64,000 nt of DNA from Dehalococcoidia bacterium (lineage in GTDB: Bacteria; Chloroflexota; Dehalococcoidia; Lucifugimonadales; UBA2985), in NCBI GenBank assembly GCA_965221925.1, contig OZ244924.1, positions 328,989 to 392,988 of the forward strand, written 5' to 3'. Position numbers and translations under genes: made by a program. The notes under the pieces are model-generated. The model ran no database searches. It saw only the letters and a program-made list of their open reading frames with translations, and was not told the DNA's origin. Shown one piece after another: positions 1 through 8,658 of the stretch; position 1 is the first letter of the stretch; the number at the start of each line of letters is the position of its first letter.

Positions 1-1
1 G

Positions 2-235
2 GCAATAGTCCAGGATCAGGGCTTGACCCAGATAAACGACCCCGGAATTCTGATCGCGGCCGTAGCGGAGGTCATCCGGCAGAACCCTCAAGCGGTTCAG
101 GACTTCATTGGAGGCAAGGAGACCGCCATCAAATTTCTGATAGGCCAGGTGATGAAGGAGACGCGGGGCAGGGCGAACCCAGCCGTGGTAAACCGGATAC
201 TCGCAGCGAGTCTGGGCCCAGGGGACAACGGATAA
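2..235 (+). CDS. gatB: Asp-tRNA(Asn)/Glu-tRNA(Gln) amidotransferase subunit B, C-terminal part (5' end outside window)
   Basis: ORF is open to the window edge. AIVQDQGLTQINDP...KFLIGQVMKETRGRANPAVVNRIL matches the conserved GatB/YqeY-type C-terminal domain. Confidence 0.8.
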   Translation, partial: AIVQDQGLTQINDPGILIAAVAEVIRQNPQAVQDFIGGKETAIKFLIGQVMKETRGRANPAVVNRILAASLGPGDNG

Positions 236-462
236 TGGAAGCCTTCTTCCAGACGTCCCAGATACTGGTATCCGTACTGCTGGTGGGCATCATCCTGGTC
301 CAGGTCAGGGGACAGGGATCGGGTTTCTTCGGATCGGGTCAGGCATCGTTCCGTACCCGCCGGGGTGTGGAGAAGACCCTGTTCCAGCTTACAATCGCGC
401 TTGCAGGGCTCTTTACCTTTCTGGCCATAATGAGCGCCGTGCGGCCATCCTGGCTCTTCTGA
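235..462 (+). CDS. secG: preprotein translocase subunit SecG
   Basis: 75 aa with two hydrophobic helices flanking a Gly-rich loop (RGQGSGFFGSGQ). ATG overlaps the gatB stop (TAATG). Confidence 0.7.
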   Translation: MEAFFQTSQILVSVLLVGIILVQVRGQGSGFFGSGQASFRTRRGVEKTLFQLTIALAGLFTFLAIMSAVRPSWLF

Positions 463-490
463 CCACTTCGTCCGCATCCGGGGACTTTCC

Positions 491-1318
491 TTGATAACCC
501 TCACCACGGATTTCGGGACACGGGACTCCTACGTGGCCGAGATGAAGGGGGTGGTCCTTGGACTCAACCCGCGGGCTGTAATAGTGGACGTCTCCCACGA
601 CATCGACCCACAGATCACGGCCCACGGGGCCTTTGTGCTGGGACGCGCGTATCCCTCCTTTCCGGGGAATGCTGTCCATGTGGCTGTCGTTGACCCCGGC
701 GTGGGAACTTCCCGCAGGGCGATTCTGCTGGTCACGCCAACGGGCCGCTTTCTGGCCCCGGACAACGGCCTTCTCACCTATCCGGTCAGGGAAAGCCCCG
801 AGTACGATGAGACTGTCCGAGGCCGACGCTTCCTGGAGCCGGTGGAGGCTCCCGTTCCGGCGGGATGCGCCGCGTACGAGTTGTCCAACCACAGCCTGTG
901 GCGCGCCACCCTGAGCGATACCTTCCACGGCCGCGACGTCTTCGCTCCCGTGGCGGCGCATCTGTCCCTGGGCGTTCCACCGGAGGAGGTGGGAGAGCGG
1001 CTGCAATCTATGGTTTGCTTGTGCATTCCCAATCCACAGGAGCGGGGAAACGTCCTGGCCGGCCATGTTGTACACGTGGACGGGTTTGGAAACCTCATAA
1101 CCACCATAGGCGGTGAGGCGCTCCGGCAGAGAAGCATGGAGGTGTCGGTTAAGGGCCATCGCATACGCGGGATAAGCAGGTCATACGAGGAGGGGCCGGA
1201 CACGCTGGCGATTGTCGGCAGCCACGGCAGCCTGGAGGTGGCCGTCAGGAACGGCAGCGCCGCGCGGGAGCTCGGCGTGCAGGTGGGCGACGAGGTTGTT
1301 GTGGAGCTGCGGCGGTGA
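491..1318 (+). CDS. SAM hydrolase / S-adenosyl-L-methionine hydroxide adenosyltransferase family protein (DUF62)
   Basis: ITLTTDFGTRDSYVAEMKGV N-terminus and VAVVDPGVGT motif are typical of the DUF62 family. Full-length 275 aa ORF. Confidence 0.75.
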   Translation: MITLTTDFGTRDSYVAEMKGVVLGLNPRAVIVDVSHDIDPQITAHGAFVLGRAYPSFPGNAVHVAVVDPGVGTSRRAILLVTPTGRFLAPDNGLLTYPVRESPEYDETVRGRRFLEPVEAPVPAGCAAYELSNHSLWRATLSDTFHGRDVFAPVAAHLSLGVPPEEVGERLQSMVCLCIPNPQERGNVLAGHVVHVDGFGNLITTIGGEALRQRSMEVSVKGHRIRGISRSYEEGPDTLAIVGSHGSLEVAVRNGSAARELGVQVGDEVVVELRR

Positions 1319-1333
1319 GTCGCCACGCCTTCG

Positions 1334-1370
1334 CCCCGCTCGTGTGGTTCGACAGGCTCACCACGAACGG
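1334..1370. repeat. intergenic repeat family A, copy 1 (CCGCTC-N4-TGGTTCGACAGGCTCACCACGAACGG)
   Basis: Near-identical ~36 nt sequence also at 2351-2386 and 4081-4115, always between genes. Confidence 0.8.
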
Positions 1371-1476
1371 GAATTAGGGTTGGTCTAGCGCGAGCGGGGC
1401 AAGGGCGTGAGCGGTAAGTCGGCTTGGTGAATACCAACGCTCGCACGGCTGGACCGGCTCAGGAGGGAGAAAGAAT

Positions 1477-2328
1477 ATGTCCAGACCGATTCTTCCAAGG
1501 TGGGACTCTCACTACCCGGATCCCCTCAGGCTCCGGCGGGAGGTGGATTCGATGGCGGACTCCTTTGTGGAGGCGCTGCTGGACGCAATACCGCATGAGG
1601 AGATCCAGGGCATCTACCTGAAGGGGTCCGGGCACAAGGAGTGGGACTCCCCCGTAGACTACGTTCCGGAGATGAGCGACGTGGACGTCCACGTCCAGTT
1701 CTACAGCGACGAGAGTTGGCCCAAGCGCATCGGGGCTTTCGCGCAGGCGATGAATATCCAGCGCGCGGTAGAGACGGCGTACCTGTCGAAGATAAGGGAG
1801 TCGCTGCACCTGCCAAGGCCGCAGCTGATGGTTGTGAACAAGCTGATGAAGGATATCGAGTTCATCCACTCGCCCAGGAGTACGGTCAAGACGCTCTATG
1901 GCGAGGAGTACCCAATGGCCGACTACAGCGATCCGGACCACGTAAAGCGCGTGGAGCGCCAAAGGCTGCTGGCCGACGGCGCGTACATGGACGGCCTGGC
2001 TCTGCACGTTATCGACAGGCCGGGCAGGTACATGCGGGAGACGCTTCGCAACCTGGTTTGGCGGGTCTCGCCATCCGGGCCTCGCGCCCTGCACCTGCTG
2101 GGAACCGATACGGAGCTGGCCTGGAGCGTGAACCGCACCCGCGTAGTCTCAATGCTAACGGAGTTGGGCCAATTGGACCTGGCCGCAAGCTACCTGGAGT
2201 TCTACCGCTCAGGCTGGGAGTACTTTCTCTCCGGCTATGAGGACTCCGACGCGGGACGCTCCACCGTAAGCGCCGCAGTGGAGACGCTGACCATCGCGCG
2301 GGAGATAGCCGAGCGCTGGCTGGCCTGA
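1477..2328 (+). CDS. hypothetical protein, possible minimal nucleotidyltransferase fold
   Basis: 283 aa ORF. The YLKGSGHKEW...MSDVDVHVQF pattern resembles the GS...DxD nucleotidyltransferase motif. Family not recognised. Confidence 0.4.
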   Translation: MSRPILPRWDSHYPDPLRLRREVDSMADSFVEALLDAIPHEEIQGIYLKGSGHKEWDSPVDYVPEMSDVDVHVQFYSDESWPKRIGAFAQAMNIQRAVETAYLSKIRESLHLPRPQLMVVNKLMKDIEFIHSPRSTVKTLYGEEYPMADYSDPDHVKRVERQRLLADGAYMDGLALHVIDRPGRYMRETLRNLVWRVSPSGPRALHLLGTDTELAWSVNRTRVVSMLTELGQLDLAASYLEFYRSGWEYFLSGYEDSDAGRSTVSAAVETLTIAREIAERWLA

Positions 2329-2350
2329 CGACGTTGAGGCGCGGCGCCTT

Positions 2351-2386
2351 CCCGCTCAAGTGGTTCGACATGCTCACCACGAGCGG
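2351..2386. repeat. intergenic repeat family A, copy 2
   Basis: cccgctcaagtggttcgacatgctcaccacgagcgg. It runs directly into the 28-bp tandem array. Confidence 0.8.
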
Positions 2387-2520
2387 GCAAGGACATTCCG
2401 CTCACCCTGAGCGGGCAAGGACATTCCGCTCACCCTGAGCGGGCAAGGACATTCCGCTCACCCTGAGCGGGCAAGGACATTCTGCTCATCATGAGCGGGC
2501 AAGGACATTCTGCTCACCCT
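2381..2520. repeat. tandem repeat, 5 x 28 bp (GAGCGGGCAAGGACATTCCGCTCACCCT)
   Basis: Five head-to-tail copies counted by hand (2381, 2409, 2437, 2465, 2493). The last two copies carry 1-3 substitutions. No spacers, so not CRISPR-like. Confidence 0.9.
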
Positions 2521-2582
2521 GAGCTTGTCGAAGGGCGTGAGAAGGCTGCCGTGCGCAGGAGTACAGATCCCATGCAGACCTC

Positions 2583-4010
2583 CTACAGCCCCAGCTTGCC
2601 GGGGTTCATTATGTTATGCGGGTCAAGCGCCGACTTTATGCCCCGGAGGACTTCCATGCCGCTCCCCAGCTCGCGCGGAACCAGGTGGGCCAGCTTTGTC
2701 CCCACGCCGTGGACGTACTCCATCGAGCCACCCATGTCCTGCGCCAGCGTGAGCGCCTCGTCCACCGCGCGGTCCAGCCGCTCAGACGGCCCATCGTCCT
2801 CAAGGCCAACGTCAACCAGGACTACCGAAAACAGGTCCGGCTGAGTCCACAGGGCGTACTCCCGAATCTCCAGGCCGGCTCCGGCGGCGATCTCCTGGCA
2901 CCGGCGTCGATACTCCAGCGCTCGTGAGGCTGGGATGGCAACGTGGGGGTAGGCCGTTGTCCTGGGCCAGCCACGCGCGGGCGGTCTCTCCGATGCCTTC
3001 CCGTCCAGAAACCTCTCCTTGTAGCGGTACGCCGAGTCGTGGCGGGTGTCCCAGTACTCTTGGGCCGGGCCCGGCCCGATGTCCATTCCATTGGAGGCAT
3101 TGCAGACCTGCAGAGCCCTCGCGTACTGGGCCTCCACCTCTTCCCGGTATCCCTCAAACACCATGTACATCCACGTCTTGCATGGGACGGGGCGGTCCGG
3201 AGCTCCGCGCTTGGACTCATCGGGCTCCTCGGTCAGGTCGATGAGGGCGGGCTTGAGGCCCAACGAGAACAACTCCAGCATTGCACGGAACCCGTCCTCG
3301 AATTGTGGAAAGGCGATAGTCTTGAACAGGCGGGATTCCGGCAGCCGGAAGACCCGGATGGCGGCCTTGGTTATGACGCCGAAGACCCCCTCGGCTCCGA
3401 TGAACAGCGGGTGCAGGGATGGCCCCGCGGATGTCTTGGTCACGGCCCTTGTGCGGAGCGTCTCCCCGGTGGGCAGAACCACCTCTAGGCCCAACGCCTG
3501 CTCGCCCATTGAGCCGTACTTGGCCGCCCTGTAACCCACCCCGTTGGTGGAGAGCGCGCCGCCTATGGTGGCTATGGGGACGCTGTAAGGGTCGTGGCCC
3601 AGCATGAGGCCGTGGCCGGCAAGCGCGTTGTTCAGGTCGCCGAGGATGACGCCCGCTTCGACGGTCGCCGTCCTGTCTTCCGGGCTTATCTCCAGGATGC
3701 GATTCATTCGCTTCATGTCCACGGCTATGCCGCCCATGAGAGGCGTCACCGCGCCGGCCACGCCCGTGCCGCCGCCGTAGGGCACGATAGGAATGCGCTC
3801 CCGGTGCGCCAGCTTCACCACCTCCGCGACCTCCTCAGTTGAGCAGGGGCGCGCTACAGCGAATACACGAGGAGCATCCGGGGCAAGGGGAGCGCCTCGC
3901 CAGCGGCCGTAGGCGTCCACGGAGTAGTAAGCGAGGGCAGGTTCGTCGAGGACGACGTTCCCTGGCCCCACGATGCGCTTGAGGTCTGTTGCAACCGACT
4001 GAGAAATCAC
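2583..4010 (-). CDS. FAD-binding/FAD-linked oxidase (GlcD-like dehydrogenase)
   Basis: 475 aa. N-terminal FAD-binding PCMH-type region (RPCSTEEVAEVVKLAHRERIPIVPYGGGTGVAG) and a C-terminal FAD-oxidase domain ending HGVGTKLAHLV...LDPHNIMNPGKL. Confidence 0.8.
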   Translation of the reverse strand: MISQSVATDLKRIVGPGNVVLDEPALAYYSVDAYGRWRGAPLAPDAPRVFAVARPCSTEEVAEVVKLAHRERIPIVPYGGGTGVAGAVTPLMGGIAVDMKRMNRILEISPEDRTATVEAGVILGDLNNALAGHGLMLGHDPYSVPIATIGGALSTNGVGYRAAKYGSMGEQALGLEVVLPTGETLRTRAVTKTSAGPSLHPLFIGAEGVFGVITKAAIRVFRLPESRLFKTIAFPQFEDGFRAMLELFSLGLKPALIDLTEEPDESKRGAPDRPVPCKTWMYMVFEGYREEVEAQYARALQVCNASNGMDIGPGPAQEYWDTRHDSAYRYKERFLDGKASERPPARGWPRTTAYPHVAIPASRALEYRRRCQEIAAGAGLEIREYALWTQPDLFSVVLVDVGLEDDGPSERLDRAVDEALTLAQDMGGSMEYVHGVGTKLAHLVPRELGSGMEVLRGIKSALDPHNIMNPGKLGL

Positions 4011-4080
4011 GGCAATCCTTCCCGCTCATCCTGAGCGTGTCTAAGGAAATGAGCGGAGGTAACTACGCCCGCAGTATACA

Positions 4081-4115
4081 CCCGCTCATATGGTTCGATA
4101 GCCTCACCACGAACG
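4081..4115. repeat. intergenic repeat family A, copy 3
   Basis: cccgctcatatggttcgatagcctcaccacgaacgg. A related CCGCTCATCCTGAGCG motif lies at about 4021-4036. Confidence 0.75.
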
Positions 4116-4262
4116 GTAACAAGGCTGCCCCGCGTCCCTCCCTAGACCCCTGCTTTCGCAGGGGTGGTTCGGGCTTGAACCCCGTTCATCAACAGACCAT
4201 TCCTCCGGAAGGAGACCTTTGCATAACCCCTGGGCGCCATCCTGTGAAAAGACGCTCCAACT

Positions 4263-4391
4263 GTCATTCCGAACGGAGCACAGCGGAGTGAGGAATCTAA
4301 AGGCTCTCATCCCCCACGAGGACCCTTGTGGCTGGAATCTTCTCATGACTACGGCGCAACGTCTTAGATTCCTCGCTGCGCTCGGAATGAC
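4263..4391. repeat. imperfect inverted repeat (GTCATTCCGA...GAGGAATCTAA / TTAGATTCCTCGC...TCGGAATGAC)
   Basis: Arms at 4263-4300 and 4364-4391 are reverse complements apart from an indel in the left arm. They sit in the 550-bp repeat-rich spacer between cysS and the oxidase gene. Confidence 0.7.
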
Positions 4392-4558
4392 ATCAAATGG
4401 CGCGTTGGGCGATTGCGCAAAGGTCTCCGGAAGGAGGACTCCAGGGGGAACGGAGAAGCCAATCCTGAGTCGTCTATTTTCATGGTAATGACAGGAAATG
4501 GGTCCTCTTGGCAAGCTTCGCAGAGGTCTTTGGGTTGCAGAGGGAACGCTAATCGGAA

Positions 4559-5941
4559 TCACTGGGGGCCTTTGAATCTCCACTGCGTCCCGCCTGCCGC
4601 GTCCTCCAGAGCCACGCCCAAGCCTTCCAGCCGGTCCCGGATGGAGTCTGCCAGCTTCCAGTTTCGCTCGGCTCTCAGCTGAGAGCGGGTCTCTACCAGC
4701 AGCTCGACAAAGGAGTCGATGTCCGAGCCCTCGGCTCCGCGGCGCTCCTCCAGCCTGAGGCCAAGTACTGAGGCCATCTCCCGCAATGCATCCTGGGCTT
4801 GCGCCACTGCCATGCCGGCCTCACGGGACCGGTTTATCTCCCGCGCCGTGTCGAACAGCGCGGCTATGGCCTGGGGGGTGTTGAGGTCGTCGTCCATTGC
4901 AGCGCGGAAGCGGTCCCAAAAGGGGCCAGCGTCCATTGATGAGCCGGCGTCGGCTAGGGAGCCGACACGGAGGGCGTTGAGAAGCCGCTCCAGCGCCCTT
5001 TCGGCAGAGGCTATCCCCTCATCGGTGTAGGTGATGGGGCTTCTGTAGTGGGAGGAGAGCAGGAACAGGCGTATGGCGTCTGGCTTGTACCGCTCCAGGG
5101 CGTCCTGGCAGCTGACGAAGTTGCCGCGGTGACGCGTCATCTTCTCCTCGTCGTCCTCCTGGAGGCGCAGCAGGCCGTTATGGACCCAGAACCGGACGAA
5201 TGGGCTCTCTCCGGTGTACACCTCCGACTGCGCTATCTCGTTCTCATGGTGCGGAAAGATAACGTCCTGCCCGCCGCCGTGTATGTCAACGTGGTTGCCC
5301 AGCAGGCTCAGGGACATGGCGGAACACTCTATGTGCCAGCCGGGGCGCCCCGGCCCCCAGGGGCTGGGCCAGGCCGGCTCCCCATCCTTGGACGATTTCC
5401 ACAGAGCGAAGTCCATGGGGTCTTCCTTGCGCTGGTCCACCTCCACGCGCGTGCCGGACATCATCTCATCCAGGGGACGCTTGGAGAGCTGCCCGTAGGT
5501 CTCGAAGGCGCGGACCCTGAAGTAGACGTCGCCGTCCAGGGGGTAGGCGTGGCCGTTGTCTATTAGATGCTGGACTATCTCGATCATGCGGTCGATGTAC
5601 TCGGTCGCACGCGGGTAGTCGTGGGCGCGCTGTATGCCGAGGGCGTCCATCTCCCGCAGGAAGCGCAGGATGTAATGCTCCGCCAGCTCGCCTATGCTCC
5701 GGTCGCCTCCCTGGGCAACCTCGATTATGCGGTCCTCTATGTCCGTAAAGTTCTGAACGTGATGGACCGGGTAGCCCTGGCGCTCCAGGTAGCGGCGGAG
5801 CACGTCAAAGACTATGTAGGACAGGGCATGGCCTATGTGGCACGGGCCGTACAGGTTGGGGCCGCACACGTACATGGCCACACGCTCCCCCAGGGGCGCA
5901 AAGTCGCGCTTTTCGCCGGATAGGGTGTCGTACAGCCTCAT
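4559..5941 (-). CDS. cysS: cysteine--tRNA ligase
   Basis: Start set at MRLYDTLSGEKRDF (ATG 5941), 140 codons inside the listed 600-aa ORF. Class I HIGH motif (CHIGHALSY) and conserved WPSPWGPGRPGWHIECS block. ATGA overlap with the ispF stop. Confidence 0.9.
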   Translation of the reverse strand: MRLYDTLSGEKRDFAPLGERVAMYVCGPNLYGPCHIGHALSYIVFDVLRRYLERQGYPVHHVQNFTDIEDRIIEVAQGGDRSIGELAEHYILRFLREMDALGIQRAHDYPRATEYIDRMIEIVQHLIDNGHAYPLDGDVYFRVRAFETYGQLSKRPLDEMMSGTRVEVDQRKEDPMDFALWKSSKDGEPAWPSPWGPGRPGWHIECSAMSLSLLGNHVDIHGGGQDVIFPHHENEIAQSEVYTGESPFVRFWVHNGLLRLQEDDEEKMTRHRGNFVSCQDALERYKPDAIRLFLLSSHYRSPITYTDEGIASAERALERLLNALRVGSLADAGSSMDAGPFWDRFRAAMDDDLNTPQAIAALFDTAREINRSREAGMAVAQAQDALREMASVLGLRLEERRGAEGSDIDSFVELLVETRSQLRAERNWKLADSIRDRLEGLGVALEDAAGGTQWRFKGPQ

Positions 5942-6420
5942 GCGACCGCCTCGACAGTGGCGATTGCCAGGGCCGCTATGCCCTCGCCACGGCCCGGAAA
6001 ACCCAGGCCGTCGGTGGTGGTGCACTTGATGTTGACCTGCGCCGGGGACAGGCCCAAGGTTGCCGCGATTGTGTCTCTCATGTTCTGTACGTAAGGAGCA
6101 AGCCTGGGACGTTCGGCGACTATTGTAGCATCCAGATTTACCGGCTGCCACCCTTGCCGGCCCAGGAGTTCGGCAACCTCTCTCAGAAACCGCAGGCTGG
6201 ATGCGCCGCGATACCGGGGGTCGGACGATGGGAAATGCGCGCCGATGTCCCCCAGCCCGGCGGCTCCCAGCAGGGCGTCCACCAGCGCATGTACCAGCGC
6301 GTCCCCGTCGCTGTGTCCTGCCAGCCCCGCCTCGAACTCCACCCGGACGCCGCCAAGCCACAGGGGAATGTCCGGCTCCAGCGCGTGGACATCGTACCCT
6401 ATGCCGGCGTGGAAAGCCAT
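5938..6420 (-). CDS. ispF: 2-C-methyl-D-erythritol 2,4-cyclodiphosphate synthase
   Basis: 160 aa. GIGYDVHAL...GHSDGDALVHALVDALLGAAGLGDIG...KCTTTDGLGFPGRGEGIAA are canonical IspF motifs. Confidence 0.9.
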   Translation of the reverse strand: MAFHAGIGYDVHALEPDIPLWLGGVRVEFEAGLAGHSDGDALVHALVDALLGAAGLGDIGAHFPSSDPRYRGASSLRFLREVAELLGRQGWQPVNLDATIVAERPRLAPYVQNMRDTIAATLGLSPAQVNIKCTTTDGLGFPGRGEGIAALAIATVEAVA

Positions 6421-6433
6421 AAAAGCCCCGGCC

Positions 6434-7153
6434 CTACCGACCGGCCCGGTTTCTTAGGATAGCCTCGGCTACCAGCACGTCCATAGGGGTGGTCACCTTG
6501 ATGTTGTCCGGAGACCCTGGGAACGCCTTGACCGGACGCCCCATCCGCTCCACCAGGGAAGCGTCGTCCGTCACCCCGCCCAGGTCTTCCCCGTATGCCC
6601 TCAGCAGCAGGTCGTACTCAAATACCTGGGGCGTCTGGACCGCCCGCAGGCTGTCGCGCGGAAGTGTCTCTACCACAACGCCCTCCCCGTCCACACTCTT
6701 GACGGTGTCGCTGACGGCGATTGTGGGTATGGCTGCGCCTGTCGCCTCCGCTTCCAGGAGGCACTGCCGGAGGATGTTCTGGGTGACGCATGGCCTGGCC
6801 CCATCGTGGACCATCACCCAGCGGCAGGGCGACAGGCTGTCCAGCCCCGCCTTAACCGAGTCCTGCCGTCGTTCGCCTCCGGGGCACACCCCCTTCACTT
6901 TCGTCCACCCCTCCGTCTCGACTAGCCACCTGCCCCGATCAAGGTTGTCCCTGTGCATGACCAGGACTATCTCGCCGACGTCAGCGTACTCCTCAAAGGC
7001 CGAGACAGTGTGAGCTATGAGAGGCTTCCCAAGCAGAGGGGCAAAGACCTTGTCCACGCCTGCCATCCGGCGGCTTGATCCGGCGGCAACGATGACAACC
7101 CCGGCGCGGGCGTCGTCGCCACCGCCCGATGAAGCAGGTATCCTCCGGGTCAC
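6434..7153 (-). CDS. ispD: 2-C-methyl-D-erythritol 4-phosphate cytidylyltransferase
   Basis: VVIVAAGSSRRMAGVDKVFAPLLGKPLIAHTV matches the IspD N-terminal signature. Lies immediately upstream of ispF. Confidence 0.85.
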   Translation of the reverse strand: MTRRIPASSGGGDDARAGVVIVAAGSSRRMAGVDKVFAPLLGKPLIAHTVSAFEEYADVGEIVLVMHRDNLDRGRWLVETEGWTKVKGVCPGGERRQDSVKAGLDSLSPCRWVMVHDGARPCVTQNILRQCLLEAEATGAAIPTIAVSDTVKSVDGEGVVVETLPRDSLRAVQTPQVFEYDLLLRAYGEDLGGVTDDASLVERMGRPVKAFPGSPDNIKVTTPMDVLVAEAILRNRAGR

Positions 7154-7155
7154 CG

Positions 7156-8253
7156 CTAGTTCCCCTGCGGTTGGGCGAAGATTATGCGGCCGGCGGCGGT
7201 CTGGAGCACCCTGGTGATGGATACGCCCAGGTGGGAGTTGATGTGCTTCCGGCCACCCTCTACAACAACCATTGTGCCGTCATCCAGGAAGCCTACGCCC
7301 TGGCCGTACTCCTTTCCCTCCTGAATAACTCGGACCACCATATCCTCGCCAGGCAGCACAACGGGCTTGAGAGAGTTGGCCAACTCGTTGATATTGAGGA
7401 CGGGGACGCCCTGAAGCTCGGCGACGCGGTTCAGGTTGTAGTCTGTGGTCAGTATCTGGGCATTCAGGCTCTTTGCCAACTTCACCAGCTTTCCGTCCAC
7501 GTCTGAGTTGTCGTGGAAGTCCACTTCCGTTATCTGAATGGGCACCTCTGCCTCTTTTCTCAGCTTGTTAAGCATCTCAAGCCCGCGGCGGCCGCGATTG
7601 CGTTTGAGAGCGTCACTGGAGTCGGCTACGTGCCTGAGCTCGTCCAGAATGAACCTGGGAATGACCATGGTGCCGTGCACAAAGCCTGTTTTGCTTATGT
7701 CCGCGATCCTCCCGTCGATGATAGCGCTGGTATCCATCAGGACTCGTCCGTTGCCGTTGCTGCCGGCGACAACCTCTCCCCGTCCGGAGACTTCAGGCAG
7801 CAGTTGGAACAGCTCTCTCTCTCGTGAGACCGCAACGACTAGGCCAAGAAGCCCCAATAGTACGGTTGAAGCGATGGGAATAACCACTCCGGGCCAGCCC
7901 GGCAGCTTGGAAAAGGCGACGGAGAGCAACGCCGCCACTGTCAGCCCGACTAGCAGGCCCGCCGTGCCGGACACCACTGTGCTGAAGGCTATTTTGGAAA
8001 AAGCCCTGCCAAGATGGGCAATCGGGCGAAGGGCCAGTTGGATCAAATAAGGAGTAATGAGTAGACCGATGCCTCCCCCCGCCAGCAGCCCGCCAAGACC
8101 CCAGGGAACAGCCCCCGTGTCATCCAAAGCCCAGGGCGCAAACTCCGCGGCGCCGTCCAGTACCAATGAGTGACCTATCCATATCCCCAACGCCCATCCA
8201 CTCGGCCCGGCGAGAAGCGCTCCCGCAAGGCGTTGCCACCACTGTTTCCCCAT
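7156..8253 (-). CDS. PIN/TRAM domain membrane protein (YacL-like)
   Basis: N-terminal TM helices, a PIN-like core (LMDTSAIIDGRIADI...ILTTDYNLNRVAELQGV) and a C-terminal TRAM-like segment (GEDMVVRVIQEGKEYGQGVGFLDDGTMVVVEGG). Conserved position upstream of ispDF. Confidence 0.75.
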   Translation of the reverse strand: MGKQWWQRLAGALLAGPSGWALGIWIGHSLVLDGAAEFAPWALDDTGAVPWGLGGLLAGGGIGLLITPYLIQLALRPIAHLGRAFSKIAFSTVVSGTAGLLVGLTVAALLSVAFSKLPGWPGVVIPIASTVLLGLLGLVVAVSRERELFQLLPEVSGRGEVVAGSNGNGRVLMDTSAIIDGRIADISKTGFVHGTMVIPRFILDELRHVADSSDALKRNRGRRGLEMLNKLRKEAEVPIQITEVDFHDNSDVDGKLVKLAKSLNAQILTTDYNLNRVAELQGVPVLNINELANSLKPVVLPGEDMVVRVIQEGKEYGQGVGFLDDGTMVVVEGGRKHINSHLGVSITRVLQTAAGRIIFAQPQGN

Positions 8254-8375
8254 ATACCGTTCTCCTTTCTCCCTCTATTCAAGGGTATTAGGCATCAGAT
8301 GCCCCTATGGCCGGAACCAAGCTGTCCTTACGTCAAACGGACTATACCTGCGGCCTCTCCAAAAAAACCGACTAC

Positions 8376-8407
8376 ATTATATCACGAGAGTATATGCGTG
8401 ATATAAT
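8376..8407. promoter_or_regulatory. AT-rich perfect palindrome (ATTATATCACG-N10-CGTGATATAAT) upstream of the yacL-ispDF-cysS operon
   Basis: 11-bp arms are exact reverse complements. Contains TATAAT on both strands. It is a strikingly AT-rich patch in a GC-rich genome. Confidence 0.4.
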
Positions 8408-8470
8408 GGCCTCATCAAGGGGACGCGGAAGTCTGCGCTGGGGGCCGCTGCCGGCGCTCGCACGGGGAGC

Positions 8471-8499
8471 TTGACCCCTCTCACTCCCTAACCTATGAT
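8471..8499 (+). promoter_or_regulatory. sigma-70-type promoter for tRNA-Pro
   Basis: TTGACC (8471-8476), a 17-nt spacer, then TATGAT (8494-8499). The tRNA 5' end follows 8 nt later. Confidence 0.6.
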
Positions 8500-8506
8500 G
8501 AAGCGG

Positions 8507-8581
8507 CGGGGTGTAGCGCAGGGGCAGCGCGCCTGGTTTGGGACCAGGAGGTCGGCGGTTCAAATCCGCCCACCCCGACCA
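8507..8581 (+). tRNA. tRNA-Pro (anticodon UGG)
   Basis: Acceptor stem CGGGGTG/CACCCCG, anticodon arm CCTGG-TTTGGGA-CCAGG, T-loop GGTTCAAATCC, encoded CCA. Confidence 0.85.
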
Positions 8582-8658
8582 CGACCCTCACCACGAATGT
8601 TGAATATCATGTGTAGCGGGTCTCACTGCTTCCTGTCGGTACGCAAAAGGAAGGGATT

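Noticed and set aside
2381-2520. 28-bp x 5 tandem array considered as a CRISPR array
   Set aside because: The copies are directly adjacent with no spacers.
3989-4583. ORFs in the cysS/oxidase spacer (3989-4291, 4104-4583, 4219-4488, 4413-4682)
   Set aside because: They overlap one another across repeat-family sequences and inverted repeats, and have no SD or motifs. The region is best explained as repeat-rich intergenic DNA.
5942-6361. 140-codon N-terminal extension of the cysS ORF (listed ORF 4559-6361)
   Set aside because: The extension is an R/G/P-rich translation that overlaps ispF in another frame. Conserved CysRS sequence begins at MRLYDTL (ATG 5941), which forms an ATGA overlap with the ispF stop.
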